The notes beneath the pieces are model-generated. The model was given only the letters and a program-made list of their open reading frames with translations. It had not been told where the DNA came from and did no database searches. Shown piece after piece: positions 18,551 through 27,975 of a stretch of DNA of 64,000 nucleotides (the stretch's first letter is position 1; each line of letters begins with the position of its first letter). This stretch comes from Thermococcus sp. JdFR-02 (lineage in GTDB: Archaea > Methanobacteriota_B > Thermococci > Thermococcales > Thermococcaceae): the NCBI GenBank assembly GCA_002009975.1, contig MTLP01000022.1:32001-96000 (forward strand), written 5' to 3'. Both the position numbers and the translations under genes were made by a program.

Positions 18551-19129
18551 ATGGCCGAAGAAAAGTTGCCAAAAGGAATTTTAGAAAATCTATTCCCAAA
18601 TGAGGAAGTTCTCTACACCGTGAAAAAGAAGTTTAGCCTTGAAGCAAAGCCCAAATGGCTTGTTGTGACAAATATGCGCATCCTATATATTGACGAGAAG
18701 CTCTTAGGAAGATACGATCTAATAGCGGTTCCCTATGAAAAACTTGAGTTTGTGTATTTTAAAGCTACCAAAGTCTCATCAGAGTTCGTTATTAAAAAAG
18801 AAGATGGAGAAGAGCTTTCTCTTTCAAGACTTGACAAAAATGAAGCTATGAAAGCAATAGAAGCAGTTAGAGATGCTTTAAATGCGATAGCAGTTGAACC
18901 AGTGACAATCCAAAGAAAGAAGAAATTGATGAGTGAGGAATGGATTATTCATAAACCAAAAGAAACTGTAAGCAGGGCAATAAGAGTACAGCGCTCAGTT
19001 CCAACTCTTGTTAAAGAAAAGGAGGACCCAATTGAAAAGCTAAAAAAGCTTAAGGAGCTTTATGACATGGGCATTATAACTCAGGAAGAATACGAAGAAA
19101 AAAGAAGAAAACTTCTTGAAAAAATATAG
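18551..19129 (+). CDS. Bacterial PH-domain protein with C-terminal SHOCT domain
   Basis: LVVTN.RILY; KLKKLKELYDMGIITQEEYEEKRRKLL. Confidence 0.85.
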   Translation: MAEEKLPKGILENLFPNEEVLYTVKKKFSLEAKPKWLVVTNMRILYIDEKLLGRYDLIAVPYEKLEFVYFKATKVSSEFVIKKEDGEELSLSRLDKNEAMKAIEAVRDALNAIAVEPVTIQRKKKLMSEEWIIHKPKETVSRAIRVQRSVPTLVKEKEDPIEKLKKLKELYDMGIITQEEYEEKRRKLLEKI

Positions 19130-19147
19130 CGCCTCTTCATTACATCT

Positions 19148-19348
19148 TTACCATATCCAAAGTTTAGGGTCTGCTTCCTCCCTGCCTTGAAGGGTGAGGA
19201 GTCCTGTTGGAGGCTTATAGTCAGCCGCTAAGGAGTAACCCAAAAGAAAACCCCAGAGAATACTAAAAGGGACAATATAAGGAACATCACTCTTATCTGG
19301 CTTTTCATAGAGGGTCACCTTCTCATTAATGTTATTATTTGTCTGCAC
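19148..19348 (-). pseudogene. Truncated membrane-protein gene running into an IS-end scar
   Basis: Starts immediately after the upstream stop; one TM helix, then reads through the hairpin scar. Confidence 0.4.
19171..19204 (-). mobile_element. IS200/IS605(tnpB)-family end-like hairpin remnant
   Basis: Minus strand GGACTCCTCACCCTTCAAGGCAGGGAGGAAGCAG resembles the archaeal tnpB right-end pattern CCCCGCCCTTCAGGGCGGGGAGGA..CAG. Confidence 0.55.
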
Positions 19349-19349
19349 T

Positions 19350-19721
19350 TCACAACCTCAACGAAGTAGGCATAGTAAAATCCTGATAGAGAACTATTAG
19401 AGAGAGCACCAACATGAACAAAGCAAATCCAGCTATCACTACCCGTTTAATGTAAGATGCATCTTTGAGAAATTTTAAATTCTCCAATATAACAATCGAG
19501 ACAAATACTGCAAATGTCATTGCATCTGAAGCCATTAGATTCAATGGGATTCTCCGATTAATCTTGAGCATAATAACTAAAAGTAGGTATGGAAATGTAA
19601 CAATTCCCGCTTTTTGGAAGCTCTCGAGTGAGATATCCCCAAACTTTTTGTAGTTAAGCAATATGAATGAGAACAAAGAAATAAAGAGGACAGGATAATA
19701 CGTTGGGTTCATTAAGCTCAC
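19350..19721 (-). CDS. 4-TM small membrane protein, candidate immunity protein 2
   Basis: Directly follows precursor 2; hydrophobic. Confidence 0.7.
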   Translation of the reverse strand: MSLMNPTYYPVLFISLFSFILLNYKKFGDISLESFQKAGIVTFPYLLLVIMLKINRRIPLNLMASDAMTFAVFVSIVILENLKFLKDASYIKRVVIAGFALFMLVLSLIVLYQDFTMPTSLRL

Positions 19722-19724
19722 CTC

Positions 19725-20081
19725 TCATGCTGTGAGTCCACCACCGATTGTTGCAAGGGCTCCTCCGAATACTGCACCTAAACCACCACTAGCTATAGCA
19801 ATGCCAACTCCCCCAACAACAAGTGAAACACCAACTCCAATCATGGAATTTGCATCCGATAACTCCAGAGCATATCGTCCAGCCCTTGCATGGTAGTATT
19901 CTGCCATAGTTTTGTCTCCTCTAAGAAGAGCTCTTTCGTATTAATCCATATAGTAATTGTACATCTTTTTAGCAAAATGCCTTTTAATTGCTCCTATCTC
20001 AGCTTTTTCAGCAACTGCTCCATCAATTACCATTCCCACAGCCATCAACACCAGTCCCAACACCAAAGCTTTTCTCCACAT
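19725..20081 (-). pseudogene. Peptide precursor 2 with in-frame TAA at 19941-19943
   Basis: MWRKALVLGLVLMAVGMVIDGAVAEK... is in frame with the 60-aa Gly-rich ORF 19725-19907; GGGGTGA RBS. Confidence 0.8.
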
Positions 20082-20086
20082 TTTAA

Positions 20087-20650
20087 TCACCCCAAACTTT
20101 CGGCAATTTTAAGTGTTATTGTACTCTCAATCAGAGCAGCAATGAAGATTAAAATCATCGAGATAGCAACAAGCTTGAAGAATTCCTTAGCATCCTCCTC
20201 ACTAATCATCTCCTCCTTCTTGCCCAAAGCAAATCTTAAGGCTTCGTAAGGAATCTTGAAGCCAGCTGCTCCGGCTATAATTAAAGCGGGGATTTCGAAA
20301 ATGCCGTGGGGGAAGATTAGGAGAAAGAATGTTTTAACTTCGCCTAAGCTTAAGGAAGACTGGAATAATACTCCCAAGTTAATTCCATTCATGATTAAGT
20401 TTAGAAAAGTCAAACCCCCAAAAGTCAAAACACCGCCAAATGAAAGGAGAAGAATAACTTTGAAATTGTTTGCGAAGATATAAGAAAAACTTAGCTTTTC
20501 TTCACTAAACTCTCTTTCTAAAAATGGGGCAATATTGACATTTTCATGTTCATGAATTTTATAATGGGTTGAGAGTGAAATCCCAAGGAGAAACCCAATA
20601 AAAAATAGTAGAGATGAAAGGAAAATAGGCCTGTTGAGCTTCTCCTTCAA
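20087..20650 (-). CDS. SpoIIM/DUF95-family membrane protein
   Basis: IF.NN..V, NG..LG, PHGIFEIPA, IAALIES motifs. Confidence 0.92.
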   Translation of the reverse strand: MKEKLNRPIFLSSLLFFIGFLLGISLSTHYKIHEHENVNIAPFLEREFSEEKLSFSYIFANNFKVILLLSFGGVLTFGGLTFLNLIMNGINLGVLFQSSLSLGEVKTFFLLIFPHGIFEIPALIIAGAAGFKIPYEALRFALGKKEEMISEEDAKEFFKLVAISMILIFIAALIESTITLKIAESLG

Positions 20651-20865
20651 TTTTGAGCCTCCTTTGCCATTGGTAGGAGGAATTCTATGGCATATCCAAG
20701 CTCTGCGTATATTATTGTAAAGGCTAGCATTGCCCCAAGGAAGTCTGTCACTGATTTAATGGGAAGGAAGTCGTTAAAGAGTAACGCTATGCTCACAGTT
20801 GTTCCAAAAGCCATTATGAACCCAACGACAAGTAAGCCAATGTACTTTCTAATAGATCCCTTCAT
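20647..20865 (-). CDS. 72-aa 2-TM protein, candidate immunity protein 1
   Basis: MKGSIRKYIGLLVVGF...; GGGGG RBS; TTGA overlap with the SpoIIM gene. Confidence 0.75.
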   Translation of the reverse strand: MKGSIRKYIGLLVVGFIMAFGTTVSIALLFNDFLPIKSVTDFLGAMLAFTIIYAELGYAIEFLLPMAKEAQN

Positions 20866-20876
20866 ATAACGTCCCC

Positions 20877-21143
20877 CTAGGCCCACACCGCAAGACCAAC
20901 ATAGGGTATTGCCTTTGCTACAGTTTTTAAACCAAACTTTAGAGCAAATTTTGTGGCTACTGCAGCGCTTCCTAATGCTGCAGTGCCTGCCTTTACCCCA
21001 CCCATAGCTTGTCGCCAATCTCCTGTTTTGTGCCACCTATAAATCCCATATGCTATATCAAATTTCCCTTTTTCAACTGCTCCACCCACTACCATTCCTA
21101 CAGTCATCAACACTAGCCCTAACACTAAAGCCTTCCTCCACAT
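20877..21143 (-). CDS. 88-aa peptide precursor 1 (cationic, Gly/Ala-rich, bacteriocin-like)
   Basis: MWRKALVLGLVLMTVGMVVGGAVEK leader; core ends ...KAIPYVGLAVWA; GGTGG RBS; BRE-TATA GAAAAC-TTTAAATA near 21179-21192. Confidence 0.8.
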   Translation of the reverse strand: MWRKALVLGLVLMTVGMVVGGAVEKGKFDIAYGIYRWHKTGDWRQAMGGVKAGTAALGSAAVATKFALKFGLKTVAKAIPYVGLAVWA

Positions 21144-21523
21144 TTGAAAACCACCAATCGAGTTCGTGTTCTTAATACTATTTAAAGTTTTCTTTATAAT
21201 TCCATAATTACTATTGACATTTTTATGATGATTGAACAGAATATATAACAATCACAAATAGTAAGTTGTGGTTCCCATTAAGTCATTGAAAATTTGTAAG
21301 TACGTGAGTTTTTGAGCAAAGCAATGCAATGGAAGATCAAAAATCAGATTGCTAATCTGACTGAAAGAAAGTTTTGCAAGTACTTGTCCGATTTCCACAG
21401 GAGAATTGATCTGACTCTCAATCTAAATAGATTGTACAACTTCACAGGGGGTAGAAACTAAAGTTCATATCATTAACCTAAGGGTTATAAACTTAATCTA
21501 CATCTCTTATTTTGGTGGTGAAA

Positions 21524-22876
21524 GTGGCTTTAGAAAATTTGGGAAAAGCCTTAAATAACGCCCTAAAAAAGCTTGCTCGTGCTAGAACTGTTGATGAAGC
21601 TGTAATAAAAGAAGTTGTGAGAGATATTCAAAGAGCTTTAATCATGAGTGATGTTAATGTTAGATTAGTCCTTGAATTGACGAAAAAAATCGAAAAGAGA
21701 GCGTTAGAAGAAAAATTACCCCCTGGAATTTCAAGAAAGGAGCACATAATCAAAATAGTTTATGAAGAGCTGACAAACTTCTTGGGAAAAGAAGCCAAGC
21801 CAATTGAGATTAGAGGAAAACCTACTGTTCTCTTAATGGTTGGTATTCAAGGTTCAGGTAAAACCACAAGTGTTGGAAAATTGGCGAGATATCTGCAAAA
21901 GAGGGGTTATAGAGTGGGATTAGTTTGTGCAGATACTTGGAGACCCGGAGCATATCATCAACTAAAGCAACTCGCTGAACCCTTTGGAATTGAAGTTTTC
22001 GGGAATCCAGAGGAAAAAGATGCGGTGAAATTAGCTAAAGAAGGTGTAGACTATTTTAGGCAAAAAGGAGTTGATGTGATTATCGTTGATTCTGCTGGAC
22101 GACATAAAGAGGAGAAGGGACTAATTGAAGAGATGAAACAGATAAGCAGTGCAATAAAACCCCATGAAGTTATTTTAGTAATTGATGGAACAATCGGGCA
22201 GCAAGCATATAACCAAGCCTTAGCCTTTAAAGAAGCGACTCCAATCGGTTCAATAATAGTAACAAAGCTCGATGGGAGTGCAAAGGGAGGAGGAGCATTA
22301 TCTGCAGTTGTTGCCACGGGAGCACCAATTAAATTTATTGGCGTTGGTGAGAAAATTGATGATTTAGAACCCTTTGATCCAAAGCGCTTTGTCTCAAGAT
22401 TGCTTGGTTTAGGAGATATTCAAGGACTCTTGGAAAAGTTTGAAGAAGCGAGCAAAGAAGTAAAAATTGAACAGGATATTGAGAAATTCATACGTGGGAA
22501 GTTTAACTTGAGAGATATGTATACTCAATTAGAAGCTATGCAAAAGATGGGACCTCTAAAGCAAATATTACAGATGATACCCGGGCTAGGGTATGAATTG
22601 CCAGATGATATGGTTAGGATGAGTGAAGAAAGGCTTAAAAAGTTTAAAGTCATTATGGACTCAATGACGAAAGAGGAACTTGAGAATCCTTCCATAATCA
22701 ATTACTCAAGAATTAAAAGAATTGCAAGAGGTTCTGGGACTTCTGTTAGAGATGTGAGGGAGCTATTAGAGCAATATAATCAGATGAAAAAATTCTTTAA
22801 GAGTATGAATAGGAGAAAATTGGCAAAGATGGCAAGAAAATTAGGTGGAATGAATTTTGGAGGGTTTGGAATATGA
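21524..22876 (+). CDS. srp54: Signal recognition particle 54-kDa protein
   Basis: [27 protein letters not shown]-domain [11 protein letters not shown]. Confidence 0.97.
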   Translation: MALENLGKALNNALKKLARARTVDEAVIKEVVRDIQRALIMSDVNVRLVLELTKKIEKRALEEKLPPGISRKEHIIKIVYEELTNFLGKEAKPIEIRGKPTVLLMVGIQGSGKTTSVGKLARYLQKRGYRVGLVCADTWRPGAYHQLKQLAEPFGIEVFGNPEEKDAVKLAKEGVDYFRQKGVDVIIVDSAGRHKEEKGLIEEMKQISSAIKPHEVILVIDGTIGQQAYNQALAFKEATPIGSIIVTKLDGSAKGGGALSAVVATGAPIKFIGVGEKIDDLEPFDPKRFVSRLLGLGDIQGLLEKFEEASKEVKIEQDIEKFIRGKFNLRDMYTQLEAMQKMGPLKQILQMIPGLGYELPDDMVRMSEERLKKFKVIMDSMTKEELENPSIINYSRIKRIARGSGTSVRDVRELLEQYNQMKKFFKSMNRRKLAKMARKLGGMNFGGFGI

Positions 22877-23112
22877 TGGAGGCATTTGTTTTGGTTATAG
22901 TAAAACCCGGAAATGAGGAGAAAGTGTATAACAAATTAAAGGAATGTCCCAAAGTTAAAGAGATATACAGGGTCTACGGAGAATATGACATAGTATTAAG
23001 GGTGGAAGTTGATAACATCAAGGCTTTAGATGAGTTTCATGACACCATTTTGAGAAAGATTAGAGAGATTGAAATGACTGAAACGCTAATAGCAAGTTCA
23101 TATCGAGTTTAG
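22873..23112 (+). CDS. Stand-alone Lrp/AsnC ligand-binding (RAM) domain protein
   Basis: VYGEYDIV..V; TETLI. Confidence 0.85.
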   Translation: MMEAFVLVIVKPGNEEKVYNKLKECPKVKEIYRVYGEYDIVLRVEVDNIKALDEFHDTILRKIREIEMTETLIASSYRV

Positions 23113-23122
23113 AGGTGGGGAG

Positions 23123-23635
23123 ATGAAAAAACTAGTCGCGATAATTCATTTAGACACTTTAAAAGTTGATTACGACCCCTCTTTTAAATTTAGATGTTTG
23201 GAAAACTGTGCAAAGTGTTGTGCTGAACTCGATATACCCTTAAGAGACGAGGATATAATGAGGATCGAAGATCTCGGCTTCAATGCTTGGGAATTTGTAG
23301 ACTACAACAAGATGTTCTATAGAGGAGACAAATTCATTGGCTATGCTTTGAAAAAGAGACCTTTCGATGGTTTATGTCCCTTTTTAGACGAAAACAGCAG
23401 ATGCAAGATATATCCGAGCAGACCTTTAGCTTGCAAGCTCTATCCTTTCATGCTGGTAAAACAAGGAAACATAATTGAGGTATATGTCAAAGATCCCAAC
23501 TGTCCGGGAGTAGGGGATAGAGATGGAAAACCAGTAAATTTTGAATTTGTTATGGAGTACTTTGGGGAAGTTATTGAAGAATATAGAAGGAAATTAAACT
23601 ATACTCGAGTTCCAAAAGCTGCTGGAACGCCATGA
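23123..23635 (+). CDS. YkgJ-family cysteine-cluster protein
   Basis: C...CAKCC, CPFL...CKIY..RP.AC..YPF. Confidence 0.88.
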   Translation: MKKLVAIIHLDTLKVDYDPSFKFRCLENCAKCCAELDIPLRDEDIMRIEDLGFNAWEFVDYNKMFYRGDKFIGYALKKRPFDGLCPFLDENSRCKIYPSRPLACKLYPFMLVKQGNIIEVYVKDPNCPGVGDRDGKPVNFEFVMEYFGEVIEEYRRKLNYTRVPKAAGTP

Positions 23636-23734
23636 ATTATAAACGCACAACATTGTATTGCGATGAGATTTTGATATAACCGAAACCTATTTATACATTT
23701 TTTTGTCAATCATGAATCCAAGAGAGGTGATAAT

Positions 23735-24448
23735 ATGAGTCAAATAGAAGCAGTTAAAGAAAAGCTTAGAGTAGTTAGGATTCTTAAGCTCTTAAAAAAG
23801 ACGTATACGTACGATGATCTGTCAAAAATAACTGGTTTGCCAATAACTGTGCTTAATCGTTACGTTAGAGGAAAAGTCCTACCAAGCACAGATAGAGCAA
23901 AAGAGCTTTTGCAAATGCTTTCACCATACATAAATATTGAAGAAGAAGTTAGGAGAAGAATAGAGTTCGATGAGCACGGACTCTTTGACAATATGAAAAT
24001 ACTAAGCGATACCGCTTTAATGAGCCTAATTGCTGAAGAGATAGCTTCAAAATACATGGGAAAGGATGTTTCAAAGGTTTTAACAGCAGCAACAGATGGA
24101 ATTCCTTTAGCGGTTCATATAGCAGACGAATTAAACGTTGATGTAGTTTATGCTAAAAAGAAAAAAGAAGTTGGAGTAGAGAAGTTTTATGAAGTCAACT
24201 ATGTTCCAAGTGCTTCTGGAAGTGTCATGACGCTTTATCTACCCCAATGGGCATTGAAGAAGGGTGATAATGTTCTCATAGTTGATGATGTTATAAGGAG
24301 CGGTGAAACTCAAAGAGCATTAATTGACATGTGCAAACAAGCTGGAGCTGTTCCAATTGGGATGTTTTTCCTAATTAGTGTTGGAGACTTTGTCGATAAG
24401 CTCAGGGAGGAGTATAATATTCCCGTAGATGTGCTGGTGAGATTATGA
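23735..24448 (+). CDS. HTH-phosphoribosyltransferase family protein
   Basis: N-terminal HTH; VLIVDDVIRSGET PRPP motif. Confidence 0.88.
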   Translation: MSQIEAVKEKLRVVRILKLLKKTYTYDDLSKITGLPITVLNRYVRGKVLPSTDRAKELLQMLSPYINIEEEVRRRIEFDEHGLFDNMKILSDTALMSLIAEEIASKYMGKDVSKVLTAATDGIPLAVHIADELNVDVVYAKKKKEVGVEKFYEVNYVPSASGSVMTLYLPQWALKKGDNVLIVDDVIRSGETQRALIDMCKQAGAVPIGMFFLISVGDFVDKLREEYNIPVDVLVRL

Positions 24449-25629
24449 TAAATACTGAAATAAGAATGCTCAATAGCATACTAAGAGGAGGGATTAGAGA
24501 AGGGAACAGCATAATGTTTTCCGGTTCTTTTAATGATGATCACAGGATTTTGATGCATCAATTTATTTTTGCCCTTCTCAAACAAGATTACAAAGTATTG
24601 CTCGTAGAGTTCAAGCAGAGCCCAAAGAGTCTGCTAAAATGGCTTGAAGAGTATAAAATCGATTACGATAAGTTCATAGAAAAAGAGCAGCTCAAGATTA
24701 TAGATGGACACACAAATTTATATGCAAAAACACAGGTGGTTGGAAAAGATGTACTTTCAAACCCAATGGATTTGCCCATAACAACGGCTATCCTGAGGAG
24801 AGAATTAACTTCAAAGGGATACAACTTTTTAGTTATAGATGATCTCTCAATTCTTTACGCCGTCCTTCCAAGCAAAGATGAGTTCTTTAAAATAACGGTT
24901 AGATTCATAAACTCCCTTCTCTTAGAAGGAATTGTAACCGTAACCTCATTCATTGAAAAGCTTGCATCTCCCACAGAGTTCTCTCTCCTAACTTTGCCTT
25001 TTGGATACGTGATCTCCATTGAAGATGATAAGGTGAGGATAAAGAAAGCTCCACATCCAATCGGACCCGTGGATTACTTCAAATACATAAAGACAGATGA
25101 AGGAATAAAATCCTATGAAGAGCACTATGAAAGCTTGGAGAAGATAAAGGAATCTCTCTATTTAGACGATGAGGGAATTTTATGGAGCGGAAACCAAAGG
25201 GTTCAAGTAATAGACGAGGAGAGCGAGGCAAAGTTAATAGAAAGTCTATTCGAGTATTACGGCAGTCAATCTGCCAAGAAATTCATGTACTTCTGGGGAA
25301 GGGAGGAGTTTTTAGGGCGTGGAAAGCTGTATTTGCAGATTTATAGAAGCTTGGATAAAGTTTTGAAAAGAATAATTCACGATACAAAGGTGACTGGTGG
25401 GGGAACACTTGAAATAGGACACATGGAGGAAGATATAATCATAATAAGAGCTAAAAACCTATTCCCAAGGATTCCAAACTTTGGAGAACAAATTCACCTC
25501 CATGATGTTGGAGGATTAACACAAATAATAGAAGAAGTTATTGGTGGAAAATGGGAAGGGGATGAAGTTAAGTGTGAAGCAAAAGGTGACAGTTATTGTG
25601 AATTCATTATAAAGAGGGTTAGCAAATGA
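24445..25629 (+). CDS. Degenerate KaiC/RecA-like domain fused to V4R domain
   Basis: LNSILRGGIREG..IM.SG with eroded Walker A; C-terminal EVKCEAKGDSYCEF. Confidence 0.75.
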   Translation: MINTEIRMLNSILRGGIREGNSIMFSGSFNDDHRILMHQFIFALLKQDYKVLLVEFKQSPKSLLKWLEEYKIDYDKFIEKEQLKIIDGHTNLYAKTQVVGKDVLSNPMDLPITTAILRRELTSKGYNFLVIDDLSILYAVLPSKDEFFKITVRFINSLLLEGIVTVTSFIEKLASPTEFSLLTLPFGYVISIEDDKVRIKKAPHPIGPVDYFKYIKTDEGIKSYEEHYESLEKIKESLYLDDEGILWSGNQRVQVIDEESEAKLIESLFEYYGSQSAKKFMYFWGREEFLGRGKLYLQIYRSLDKVLKRIIHDTKVTGGGTLEIGHMEEDIIIIRAKNLFPRIPNFGEQIHLHDVGGLTQIIEEVIGGKWEGDEVKCEAKGDSYCEFIIKRVSK

Positions 25630-26081
25630 AATGTCCGATTTGTGGAGTTGAGATGGAAAATATTGAGGAGCATTTAAAGGGTCATATAAACTTTGAAAGA
25701 AAGCTTCTAAAGGAGGAACTTGATTCTCTGAAGAACATGGATCGTTTTATGCTTTATAACGTGATGGGGAAGACTATAGTAGTTAATACAAAAATCGATA
25801 AGCCTTTTACTTTCCACTGCTCAGCAGAGAATTGTGGCATAGACATAAAATTGGAAGGAACGATCAAGGTAACTGACTTTAAAGATTACATTGTCACAAA
25901 GGCAATAGCCCTTTCAAAAATCGAGAGCTTTAAAGAGCTTTTAAAAAGTTCCTTAGATGACAAGCCCTTAGTTTTTGAAGGGTATGTAAATGGGAAAAAA
26001 GTCAAGCTTCCTGCAGAGAGCACAGAGGATTTTTCAAGAAGATTTCTCTCAATGAAAGACTCGTATTACATACTTCGTTAA
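25626..26081 (+). CDS. Hypothetical protein with N-terminal C2H2-like zinc finger
   Basis: CPICG....EEHLKGH. Confidence 0.7.
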   Translation: MKCPICGVEMENIEEHLKGHINFERKLLKEELDSLKNMDRFMLYNVMGKTIVVNTKIDKPFTFHCSAENCGIDIKLEGTIKVTDFKDYIVTKAIALSKIESFKELLKSSLDDKPLVFEGYVNGKKVKLPAESTEDFSRRFLSMKDSYYILR

Positions 26082-26527
26082 GGCTTTAAGTTCATATCCT
26101 CCTTTACGATTTCCATTGCAACATGGGTAGTCGTTTTTTCAACTCCGTCAATAGACAGTACACTCTTTACGAATTTGTTCATATCTTCCCTTCCTCTGAA
26201 CTTTGCCACAACGATTATGTCAAATTCCCCAGTTACGTCATAAACGCACATCACATGATCATCCTTAGCTATCTCCTTTTCTATCTCTATTATCCTTTTT
26301 CCTTGAGCTCTAACACCAATTATAGCTGTAAGACCATAACCGAGCTTTTCATAATCTAATTTTGGGTAGAAGCCTTTTATCACACCTTCCTCTTCAAGTC
26401 TCTTAATTCTATTATACACAGTGCCAACTGCAATCCCTAACTCTTTAGCGATTTCTCTATAAGATAGACGAGCATCTTTTTGTAAGAGCGTTAATATTTG
26501 CCTATCCAAGTCATCTATCACTATCAT
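26078..26527 (-). CDS. Lrp/AsnC transcriptional regulator
   Basis: DARLSYREIAKELG..VGTV..RIKRLE; VTGEFD. Confidence 0.92.
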   Translation of the reverse strand: MIVIDDLDRQILTLLQKDARLSYREIAKELGIAVGTVYNRIKRLEEEGVIKGFYPKLDYEKLGYGLTAIIGVRAQGKRIIEIEKEIAKDDHVMCVYDVTGEFDIIVVAKFRGREDMNKFVKSVLSIDGVEKTTTHVAMEIVKEDMNLKP

Positions 26528-26591
26528 CCCCCTTTCCATAATTTACCGTAAAGTTTAAATATTCTTCCCTTTTCAATCCTTCTTGGACTGA

Positions 26592-26669
26592 GGACCGGTA
26601 GCCTAGCCAGGATAGGGCAGCGGCCTCCTAAGCCGCAGGTCCGGGGTTCGAATCCCCGCCGGTCCGCCA
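26592..26669 (+). tRNA. tRNA-Arg(CCT)
   Basis: Cloverleaf, anticodon arm GCGGC-CT-CCT-AA-GCCGC, CCA encoded. Confidence 0.96.
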
Positions 26670-26736
26670 AAACAAAAATCTAGCCTTTTTATAATTTTCT
26701 TCCAAATTAAAAATAGAAGAGTACAAACTAGTGAAG

Positions 26737-27879
26737 CTACCACTTTGATAGGAGGTAATCCTTCTCCTTCAAAAATATCTCTGCTCTTCTTTCAATGATC
26801 CTCTCAGCTTCTAATGTACTCATGTCTTTAGTTTTTTCAACGAAATCTGCTGTCTTTGCAAAGTAAAGCGGAACTAGTGGTTCCGGCTTTTCTAATATTC
26901 CATTCTTGTAAGCAACAGCAGCATCGTATAAAACATGGCTCCAAAGAATGTCATCGAAGTCAAATGTTTTTAGAGCTTTTTCAACACTTCCAAATGTTTC
27001 CTCTGAAAGAACTTTCTTCAAAATATCTCTATTCTCCTCAAATCCTTCTTTTGCCTTAATTTTTAGTTTCTCAAGGTTAATTTTAACTTCTTCTGGTTCT
27101 GCTTTTTCGACCTTTCCTACTAGAGGTACCTCCGTAATCTCCCTCACATTTTTCCAAACATTTTCATATTTCTTCATCAGCATAAATAGGGTCCCAACAA
27201 CTTGATTGAACATTGGGCCTAGACTCTCTGCTGGGTCCTTTGGGTTATGAATCTTTAAACCTAACGCCGTTTGAATAACTTTAAACCCTTCTGCAATTGC
27301 TGTAGTTGTTAAAAAGATGTCAACTCCAAATCTTGCAACGTCAGTCTTCCAAACTTCTCCATTTTTTAAATAGACATCAAAGAGCCTTGAACTTACTCCA
27401 AAATCTCCTCCAATTGGCTGTCTGACTTTAAATCCATACAAAGCGGTTGTCATTGGAAAGGCGATGTTGTTCGTTATAGTTCCATCGTATTTATGCCTAA
27501 TATAATATGGAACAACAAAATCGTAGCCATCAACAATAGGCTTTGCAAATTTATAAATCCACTCTGGAGTTATGCTCCTCAAATCACTATCAACAAAGAT
27601 CAAAATTTCTGCACCTTTTTCTCTTGCAAGTTCCATTAGCTCCTTCATAGCACTCCCTTTTCCGGGAATAGGCCATTTATAAACAAAGCTTAAAACTTCA
27701 ATTCCTTCTGGGACTTTTGTGCTTAAAACAACGTCTCTTGTGCCATCTTTACTTCCGCCATCAGCGTTTACTATTATTCCTCCCCCAAAATACTTTTTTA
27801 AGCCTTCTGCAACCTGTTTAACGACAAAGCCAATTGTGTCAGCGTTATTATAGCTCGGGATTCCAACCATAATTTTCAT
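26737..27879 (-). CDS. GT-A glycosyltransferase, glucosyl/mannosyl-glycerate-synthase-like
   Basis: GIPSYNN, PGKGSA, DSDL, DGTITN, RQPIGGDF, FGVDI. Confidence 0.8.
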   Translation of the reverse strand: MKIMVGIPSYNNADTIGFVVKQVAEGLKKYFGGGIIVNADGGSKDGTRDVVLSTKVPEGIEVLSFVYKWPIPGKGSAMKELMELAREKGAEILIFVDSDLRSITPEWIYKFAKPIVDGYDFVVPYYIRHKYDGTITNNIAFPMTTALYGFKVRQPIGGDFGVSSRLFDVYLKNGEVWKTDVARFGVDIFLTTTAIAEGFKVIQTALGLKIHNPKDPAESLGPMFNQVVGTLFMLMKKYENVWKNVREITEVPLVGKVEKAEPEEVKINLEKLKIKAKEGFEENRDILKKVLSEETFGSVEKALKTFDFDDILWSHVLYDAAVAYKNGILEKPEPLVPLYFAKTADFVEKTKDMSTLEAERIIERRAEIFLKEKDYLLSKW

Positions 27880-27894
27880 CCTTTCATCCCTCCA

Positions 27895-27918
27895 AAAATA
27901 CAACCATCCAAAGTGGTT
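27895..27918. promoter_or_regulatory. Candidate operator copy 1 (AACCA-N7-TGGTT)
   Basis: 20/24 identical to 30037-30060; in a divergent promoter. Confidence 0.6.
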
Positions 27919-27975
27919 TATATTGGGGAAAGCATTATATACTTTTTGTTTTTAGAACAACCTTGAGGGATATAT

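Noticed and set aside
20866-21036. N-terminal 57 aa of the 129-aa track ORF 20647-21036
   Set aside because: Alternative frame of precursor 1; the RBS-supported start is 20865
21144-21251. N-terminal extension of the 124-aa track ORF
   Set aside because: Covers the TATA box; the shared leader and RBS define the start at 21143
21324-21461. 45-aa plus-strand ORF MQWKIKNQ... and short TCAGATT/AATCTGA inverted repeat
   Set aside because: No RBS and no recognisable motif; cannot be supported
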